NCBI RefSeq assembly: GCF_009914755.1
Contig: NC_060935.1
Origin: the human T2T-CHM13v2.0 reference genome, Homo sapiens
Strand: one strand, 5' to 3'
DNA: 64,000 bases
Shown here: positions 50,433 to 64,000 of the stretch, piece by piece
Position numbering within the stretch: the stretch's first letter is position 1
Layout of the letters: each line of letters begins with the position of its first letter
Notes under the pieces: model-generated
What the model was told of the DNA's origin: nothing
What the model saw: the letters and a program-made list of their open reading frames with translations, nothing else
Databases searched by the model: none
Program-made: the position numbers and the translations under genes

Positions 50433-53400
50433 AACAGGAGCTATATTTCAAAGATGGTAGAGACTGTCAGTCTGGGTCTCTGAATGATTATGTGGAGGAA
50501 GACTGCCTTGTTAACCTACTCATCTCTAATTCTGTCTCAACAATAAACTTTTGAATGGTTGTGCTATTTGATTCTGTTTGTTGTAGAAGTTAGCCTACCC
50601 TAATACATGTCTATTAATATAAATCATCCAGATGACAAGAAAAAAGACAGAATTATTATTAACACATTTAATAAAAGCATTTGATAAAATTCAAATTCTC
50701 ATCTCTGGTGTCAATTATTTTTGAGGTCCGAAAGCATCGCTGACTTTCTTGCAATTGGGTGTCCATTCTCTATTTCTAAACCTTCTAATGACTTTCCCTT
50801 TTTTGCTTAAACTTACCTGACCTACCTGCTGTTACTTGATATAATGATGCAAATAACAAAAGCCAAAAAAAAAAAAAACCCACAAAACCCCAAAATGCAC
50901 TAGGTTTTAAAGATTAACATTTTTTTCTGCTTTTTTTCTTTATCAGAAAAAAAAGCATAGTCATCATGAGCAAGAATAATTTTGATTTTCTTCTAAGTAA
51001 GCAGAACACCTTCCTTCTTTAATCCCAAAATGGTACAGGGTAAATTTATTATTTTGCTAGCACTTACAAGAAAAAGGACCTATCACGGTTCTGCCTCATA
51101 ATATAAAATAATATCACCTATTCTATGACCCAGTGGCAAGAAATTGGCTTTGGTGATGAATTGGCATATGTTGGTTTAATGCAGTCAGTCATCCAACAAG
51201 ATCAGTAAATGAACCAAATGTCGTTTCTCTCAGGTAAAAGAATCCACAGCACGGGCAACATCTTTGGCAGATATTGTAGCCCTTCTTCTTTATCTAGGCT
51301 TTCTGTAGTGTTATATAATGTTCTGTAACTTTTAATGAACAAGCCTTAACAGACAAAAGCTTCTTCTGCTTACAACTGTAAATTGATACAAACTTATTAT
51401 CTTCCATGAAAGCCATTGTGGGTTCACAGCAGCCTTCTACTTGGAAATAATTCCTGTTTCAGAAATTACAAAACTTGCAGAAGAGCAGAGGAAACACCAT
51501 TCTGTTCTTATAGAGTGACCCCTATTGGAAGGCTTTACAAGTAAACAAGGGTAGACATGATACTGAGAAATAGAGTTAATATTATTTAAAATATATGATT
51601 ACTATGACCATTCTTTTTGCTACAAATGCTTTGAATTCCTTCTGGGATCCTGGCTTTTCCCTTATAGATTACAGTTATTCCCTGACTTGACGTGATTTCT
51701 GTATTAATCAGGTACTTTTGAAAGCAAGTGACAGAAGCCCAACTCAAAATAGTTTAAGGAAAAAAGTGGAGGAGGTAATTTATATTGGCTAATGTACATA
51801 AGAAATTCAGGAGATTATAAAACTTAAAATAGGCTGGATTCAGAGACTCAATGTCTTCACTTTTTAGATAAGTTCTCATGTGGTGGCAAAAATGACAACT
51901 GTCAATTCTAGGCGTAAGTCATACTTAGAGCCAGAGATCCTACTGAAAAGTTCTTTCCTGAACTTTCGAAGCAGTGACGTATGTCTTGTTGTCATCTTTG
52001 AACCAGTGACTGTCTTGAGCAGATACAATGCTCTGATTGGTCAGGCCCTGTGGGACATATCTCTTTAAGTCTTAGTAATGCATATTGTAAAATTCTCTTT
52101 GAGCAATCGATTCCTATTTGTGGGACTTTTTTTTTTTTTGACTGCTGAAGAAAAGAAGAATGAGCTTTAGTCATTGAGTAGTTCTTTCTTCTGTTCAAAG
52201 CTTGCTGAACAATGACTAAGCAGAAGTGGGATCACTGCTCCATTGACATCATGCCCCAATCCATTAAGCTAGTCAGTCCAGAAAGTCAGCAATAATTATG
52301 ATTCAGATCAACTACAGAAAGATACCAAGAAGGAAGAAAAGGGGAGAGGGGGAGAAAGAGAAAGAGAGGGACTGAGGAAAGGAGAAAGGAAGGAAAGAAT
52401 GGAGGGATGGAGGAAATCAGTATATATTACTTGTCAGATTCTCAGCCCACAACATCAGGCATGCAAGAAATTTCACATTAAAATTTATTTTCAGTCAACC
52501 TAATACTGACTGTGGTCCCCAGCTTCCTGGGTTGAAAGGTGATCTAACCTGTTATTGTTGCAGCATTCCCCACCCTTTACCCCAGAGTTGTGTAAAACAC
52601 CAGGATCAAAATAGCACTAAGACTTTGGAGAGGCCCATCTGGTGATCACTCATCCATACTGATGCCAGTTCAGACACCCGTGATCATCTCAGTTCACATG
52701 GTCACTTCAGGAGAAGTTGCTCTGCTGCTTTCCTGTGAGGCTTGAGGCATGTGACCTTTAGGCAGGGCGGGGAGACCTAGGAGATGGCAGCCATTTCTCT
52801 CTTAGATCTCGACATCATTGCAACATAATCCCTGAGCACAGGTATCCTCTCTTCTAAGAAGGCATAAACTTTCCTGTTTTTCCAATTTCTTAGAAGCTTC
52901 CCTCCCTGCTCAGCTTATTTCTGATTCATGCATCTGCTCCCAACTCTCTGTGTTTCAGAATGCTAGCATAATCTTTCATGGCCTTAAAATCCTGAAAAAA
53001 AATAAAGCTCAACAGAACAGAAAGAGAATTATCAAAGCTTCTGCTTTCTATGGAATACATTACAAACATTCCAGAGGCAAGAAATTACAAAGCATAGCTG
53101 TGACTTTAAAATGAGGGGGAAGGTAAATGTGGGAGACAAAAAATCACAATTTAATATTTCCTGCTAGATTGCTAGCCTCATACCAGTGGAAGAAAGAGAA
53201 GATGGAAAAGAAGAACAAGAGGCTAAGTTCTGCACGTTTAAGTAAATTACCAGTAAGTGGCAAAACCTGGGTATTTTTCTTTTTTTTTCTTTTTTTTTTT
53301 ATTTTTTTAATTTTTTTTTATTATTATACTTTAAGTTTTAGGGTACATGTGCACATTGTGCAGGTTAGTTACATACATATACATGTGCCATGCTGGTACG

Positions 53401-53524
53401 CTGCACCCACTAACTTGTCATCTAGCATTAGGTATATCTCCCAATGCTATCCCTCCCCCCTCCCCCCACCCCACAACAGCCAGAGTGTGATGTTCCTCTT
53501 CCTGTGTCCATGTGATCTCATTGT

Positions 53525-57365
<3,841 letters not shown>

Positions 57366-57413
57366 TTATTTTGCTTGATAGTTGATGCAGTTTCTTCCTA
57401 GTCTCGATGGTCT

Positions 57414-58430
57414 TTATATTTTGGCATGATTTTGCAGTGGCTGGTACCGGTTGTTCCTTTCCATGTTTAGTGCTTCCTTCAGTAGCTCTTTTAGGGCAGG
57501 CCTGGTGGTGCCAAAATCTCTCAGCATTTGCTTGTCTGTAAAGTATTTTATTTCTCCTTCACTTATGAAGCTTAGTTTGGCTGGATATGAAATTCTGGGT
57601 TGAAAATTCTTTTCTTTAAGAATGTTGAATATTGGCCCCTACTCTCTTCTGGCTTGTAGGGTTTCTGCTGAGAGATCCGCTGTTAGTCTGATGGGCTTCC
57701 CTTTGAGGGTAATCCGACCTTTCTCTCTGGCTGCCCTTAACATTTTTTCCTTCATTTCAACTTTGGTGAATCTCACAATTATGTGTCTTGGAGTTGCTCT
57801 TCTCGAGGTGTATCTTTGTGGTGTTCTCTGTATTTCCTGAATCTGAACGTTGGCCTGCCTTGCTAGATTGCAGAAGTTCTCCTGGATAATATCCTGCAGA
57901 GTGTTTTCCAACTTGGTTCCATTCTCCCCATCACTTTCAGGTATACCAATCAGACGTAGATTTGGTCTTTTCACATAGTCCCATATTTCTTGGAGGCTTT
58001 GCTCGTTTATTTTTATTCTTTTTTCTCTAAACTTCCCTTCTCGCTTCATTTCATTCATTTCATCTTCCATTGCTGATACCCTTTCTTCCAGTTGATCGCA
58101 TTGGCTCCTGAGGCTTCTGCATTCTTCACGTAGTTCTCGAGCCTTGGTTTTCAGCTCCATCAGCTCCTTTAAGCACTTCTCTGTATTGGTTATTCTAGTT
58201 ATACATTCTTCTAAATTTTTTTCAAAGTTTTCAACTTCTTTGCCTTTGGTTTGAATGTCCTCCCTAGCTCAGAGTAATTTGATCATCTGAAGCCTTCTTC
58301 TCTCAGCTCGTCAAAGTCATTCTCCGTCCAGCTTTGTTCCGTTGCTGGTGAGGAGCTGCGTTCCTTTGGAGGAGGAGAGGCACTCTGCTTTTTAGAGTTT
58401 CCAGTTTTTCTATTCTGTTTTTTTCCCCAT
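57414..58430 (-). pseudogene. L1 ORF1, broken
   Basis: Extra A in the run after the ATG and a TAG at 57639; the ORF1 fragment MELKTKARELREEC is recognisable. Confidence 0.9.
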
Positions 58431-58885
58431 CTTTGTGGTTTTATCTACTTTTGGTCTTTGATGATGGTGATGTACAGATGGGTTTTTGGTGTGGATGTCC
58501 TTTCTGTTTGTTAGTTTTCCTTCTAACAGACAGGACCCTCAGCTGCAGGTCTGTTGGAGTACCCTGCAGTGTGAGATGTCAGTGTGTCCCTGCTGGGGGG
58601 TGCCTCCCAGTTAGGCTGCTCGGGGGTCAGGAGTCAGGGACCCACTTGAGGAGGCAGTCTGCCCGTTCTCAGATCTCCAGCTGCATAGTGGGAGAACCAC
58701 TGCTCTCTTCAAAGCTGTCAGACAGGGACATTTAAGTCTGCAGAGGTTACTGCTGTCTTTTTGTTTGTCTGTGCCCTGCCCCCAGAGGTGGAGCCTACAG
58801 AGGCAGGCAGGCCTCCTTGAGCTGTGGTGGGCTCCACCCAGTTCGAGCTTCCCAGCTGCTTTGTTTACCTAAGCAAGCCTGGGCA

Positions 58886-59194
58886 ATGGTGGGCGCCCCT
58901 CCCCCAGCCTCGCTGCCGCCTTGCAGTTTGATCTCAGACTGCTGTGCTACCAATCAGCGAGACTCCGTGGGCGTAGGACCCTCCCAGCCAGGTGTGGGAT
59001 ATAATCTCGTGGTGCGCCGTTTTTTAAGCTGGTCGGAAAAGAGCAGTATTCGGGTGGGAGTGACCCGATTTTCCAGGTGCCATCCATCACCCCTTTCTTT
59101 GATTAGGAAAGGGAACTCCCTGACCCCTTGTGCTTCCCGAGTGAGGCAATGCCTCGCCCTGCTTCGGCTCGCACACGGTGCGCACACCCACTGA
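58886..59194 (+). CDS. L1 ORF0-like antisense ORF (102 aa), open
   Basis: MVGAPPPASLPPCSLISDCC... matches the primate L1 ORF0 N-terminus. Expression unknown. Confidence 0.55.
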   Translation: MVGAPPPASLPPCSLISDCCATNQRDSVGVGPSQPGVGYNLVVRRFLSWSEKSSIRVGVTRFSRCHPSPLSLIRKGNSLTPCASRVRQCLALLRLAHGAHTH

Positions 59195-60069
59195 CCTGCG
59201 CCCACTGTCTGGCACTCCCTAGTGAGATGAACCTGGTACCTCAGATGGAAATGGAGAAATCACCCGTCTTCTGCCTCGCTCAGGCTGGGAGCTGTAGACC
59301 GGAGCTGTTCCTATTCGGCCATCTTGGCTCCTCCCCCAAACCTGGGTATTTTTCAATCGGTGCTCTTTGCAAACCTATCCTAACCCAATACATCATTCAA
59401 TTTTAAACTTAAAAAAATTAAGGTTAAACTCCAAAGTTAAAATCCTGTTAATTTAATTACTTTTCTAGTTGTTTTATTTCAACAATTCAGTAGACTATTC
59501 CTTTAGAAATAGCTTGGATTTCTTGGAAATGTGCTTGGTTTTAAGCCCTTGATCATGTTAGCAATGTCTTTTAGACTAAAAGTTTTCATAAATTCCTATA
59601 GTATAACTTAAGATTCAAAATGGCATAGATACTAGAATGTTACAAAAAATTAGAAACATTGAAAGTAAAGTCCTTGAACTCCCATTTCTTACAGCTCCTT
59701 GATAGCAAAGTGGAATTGGGGGTCTTATTTCATTTGCAATTGTTCCAAGCTGTCTTACTCATCCCTAAGACGTCAGATACCTGAAACTAAGGCAGATGGC
59801 AGATTTCCTACCATTGAATTTGTAACAGCAAGGGATCAATATGTGAATCCTTTGCTTTTACTCTGTATGTTCAAAGACCTGTTAAAGTTCCCAGAAAGTA
59901 CATGGGTTAGCTGAAGTCCAAATACAATAACAGAAAAAATTGCGCTGTGAAGAGTTGTTTAGCAACAAAGCTAAGATGGTAGGGTCATTTCTTAGCTCTT
60001 TATCATAATGGACCTTCTTGATGCCCCCAAGCACTGAATCCTAGAGCCCTTAAGACTTCCCCAAAATTT

Positions 60070-61330
<1,261 letters not shown>

Positions 61331-62649
61331 AAGACTTCCCCAAAATTTAGAACAGTGGAGGTTCATTTAGGTAGAGAATAATGATTCTAGAAGGGAAATT
61401 CAGGGAGTTTACAGATTATTAGGTAATATAGTTTCTGTGGGTTTCAAACATTGTTACTGAAATTCAGTGAGGTCTCATCATAGATGCACTTAACTTACTT
61501 GAATTAGATATATGCAAAAACAACTTTAAGAAAAAAATCTTAGTTGTTGGCTTTTGACTTCAAATAAGCCATATCCTGCTGGTGATTATAGGGGATTTTT
61601 AAAAGTAATTTTGGCCTTACTCAAATTTAGTCATAAGTACCAAATTTTGAATCTAATCCTCACGTAATAGGAGGCTGCTGCAGTGTTGTCAACCTGAAAA
61701 TGATGGCCAGCTTTTTAGTAGGATGATGTTAAAAGGCCTGCAGCCAAGACCATTCTTTCAGGGGACTCTATGTAAGGCACTTCACCTCCAGTGAAGTGAC
61801 TCTCATTTCCTCATCTGCAAAGTTGAGGTAATAATTATCACTTCCCTTCCATCATAGTAGGGTTTTTGTAATAGTCAAATCACATAACATATATGATAGT
61901 ATTTGGAAAATTCCAAAATCTTACCGGAATGAAGAGGATACAGATAGCCAAGAGAGAAGCACTATAAGCAGCCAGTTAGGTAAAGTGACCCTTACTGGCA
62001 TTCTAATTTCTTCACCCAGTTTTCAGTCCCAGAGAAGCTTCATTCTTTAAAATAGCTGTGTATACTCAATAAATTCAAATTGTCTCCTTACATTCTTTTA
62101 TGAACTTCCTGTAGGTGCTATCCTCCAACATCCCACCAAAACTAATAAGTGCCACATTGCCAAAGACATGGCCAACCTTGTCTTATTAGCCCCAGGAAAA
62201 TAATTTGATAGGCTTCATCACTCTTTCTTCCTTCACACACTTTCTTCTTTCGGTTGCCAAGCCAACACAGTTACCTGGATTTCCATTCTCTGAACTCTTC
62301 GTGGGATTCTTTGCTGGCTCTTCCTCATATCCTTTTCCTTTTCATGTTGGAATGCCACTGGTCATGATCTTTAAACTCTGTTCTCTTCTCTGTCTACCTA
62401 TTGCTTTTATGGCCCCATTCAATCACATCTATTTACTAATGACTCCAAAATTGATATCCCCATCCTGGATATTTAATCAGAACTCCACACTCAAATATCC
62501 AACTATCTAATATTTTCACATAGATATTTATTAGAAATTAAAAACGATATTTCCAAAACAACATCAGAAGCATGATCCAAAAAAGTATAAAGTTGATAAA
62601 TTGAATGTCATTAAAATGAAAAACCATTGTACCACAAAATGCTTAATTA

Positions 62650-64000
62650 AGGAGGCATGTTCTTGGCATATTTGAGTAAGAACCTGAAAATTCTATTCCT
62701 TCATAAAGGCAATAAAAACCTTGGCAAAATTTGAATAAATCAACTTTCTCAGAATTCAGGATATTAGGCAAAGTCTTACAAAAATCCAAGGAGTGTTTGC
62801 TACTTTTTTAAAAAAAGTGAATCTCAGTAAGAACAATGAGTTTTGTGACATTTTAACTTACCCTATTTCTATTACCCCATCTCCAGCTCTGCAACAACCT
62901 TGAAAATAAATAGTCTCACAACCATGAGAGCTGCAAAAGACAGCAGACCAGCAGCCAACAGATGGGGAAAAATTGATATTTGGCATTTCTAAAAAGCCCC
63001 ATACCCTGAGAACTAATACTAGTTGACCTGTCTGAAAATGTTCTCAATAGCTCCATTCTTAGAGTTTATGTTTATTTGACCTAATTTAAAGCTCACTCTG
63101 TGCAAACAGTCCTATTCCTAGGTCATTTGTCAAAAGCAATCAGGGCAATTATTTAATATCACAGCAGTTTCAAGTATTAATATCTGTAGAGACTTACAAG
63201 AGGCTCCACAGAAGACTTAAAGGGAAAAACTGAGGAATGAGATGGCCATAGGGGGTTTATAAGCTTGTGAGAATCTGTAAGGCCACATACATGTGCAGAT
63301 TGTGCTTATGCCCAGGAAAAACCGAAGAAGGCTCTAATCTTTTCCCTCTGGTTAACCTCCAGGCTCTGTTCAAACAGGGAGTATAAGCTAAGGCTGAGCG
63401 GTAAACTGCCTAACTCAGCATTGAAGGTATGCCTCAACAAACACACAGAAACCCTACAAAGATTAGGAGGCTAATTTGTTCAAAGAATTTAAGAAAGTCT
63501 CAGTCCAATAATTATCTGGCCACTAAGATAACTGAGCAAAGACTACATTACAGTGCCAGACTATTCACACAGTGGCAAAACTATATACGACAAATAATAC
63601 AGACCTTACAAAATTAGTCCAGGAAAGTCACTAAACAAACCATCAACTAAAGCAACAACAACAAACCCTGGAGAAAAAAAAATTGGATTTCCAATGTTAC
63701 TACTTATGCTATTTAAAATGTCTAATTTAACAAAAACTAAAATTGTGAGACAAACAGAAAAAGTATGGTGCATATGCAGGAAAAAAAAAATCAGTCAATA
63801 GAAATTTTCCCAGATAAAGCCCAAATGTTGGACTTAATAGGCAAAGACTTTAAATCATCTATTATAAATATATTTAAAGAAAGAAAGGAAACTACATCTA
63901 AAGAACTAAAGAAAAGCATAAGAATGATGAGAATCAATATACATAAGTATTCCACAGTTGAAAAGTACAAAAGCTGAAGTGGTTATGGGACTCAATGGCA
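62650..64000 (+). mobile_element. Ancient L1M 5'UTR/ORF1 region
   Basis: AQMLDLIGKDFKSSIINIFKE resembles old L1 ORF1; A-rich strand bias. Confidence 0.6.

Overview
Human genomic DNA, identified by human-specific AluYa5 elements and a 653-aa Kv1.4. It contains the complete KCNA4 gene on the minus strand: an intronless CDS at 12813-14774, a non-coding first exon in a CpG-island promoter at about 18.7-19.1 kb, and one intron in the 5'UTR. About 11 kb of AT-rich, repeat-poor sequence lies downstream of the gene. About 45 kb of repeat-rich sequence lies upstream, with Alus, MIR/L2, MaLR LTRs, Tigger elements, two deleted endogenous retroviruses, a full-length but inactivated L1PA and a 5'-truncated L1PA. 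KCNA4 is the only credible host protein-coding gene. I found no unambiguous novel biological system. The best leads are regulatory or structural: (1) an upstream ORF in frame with Kv1.4 and separated from it by one stop codon; (2) candidate alternative first exons, including a co-oriented THE1 LTR; (3) two near-identical direct AluYa5 copies bracketing the gene; (4) an HERVL18-like provirus with discordant LTRs and an intact promoter/splice cassette; (5) an exon-like ~90-bp local duplication around a perfect 22-bp palindrome; (6) a ~270-bp Alu-tail purine/GAA tract. Repeat subfamily names come from recalled consensus sequences and need confirmation with RepeatMasker/Dfam.
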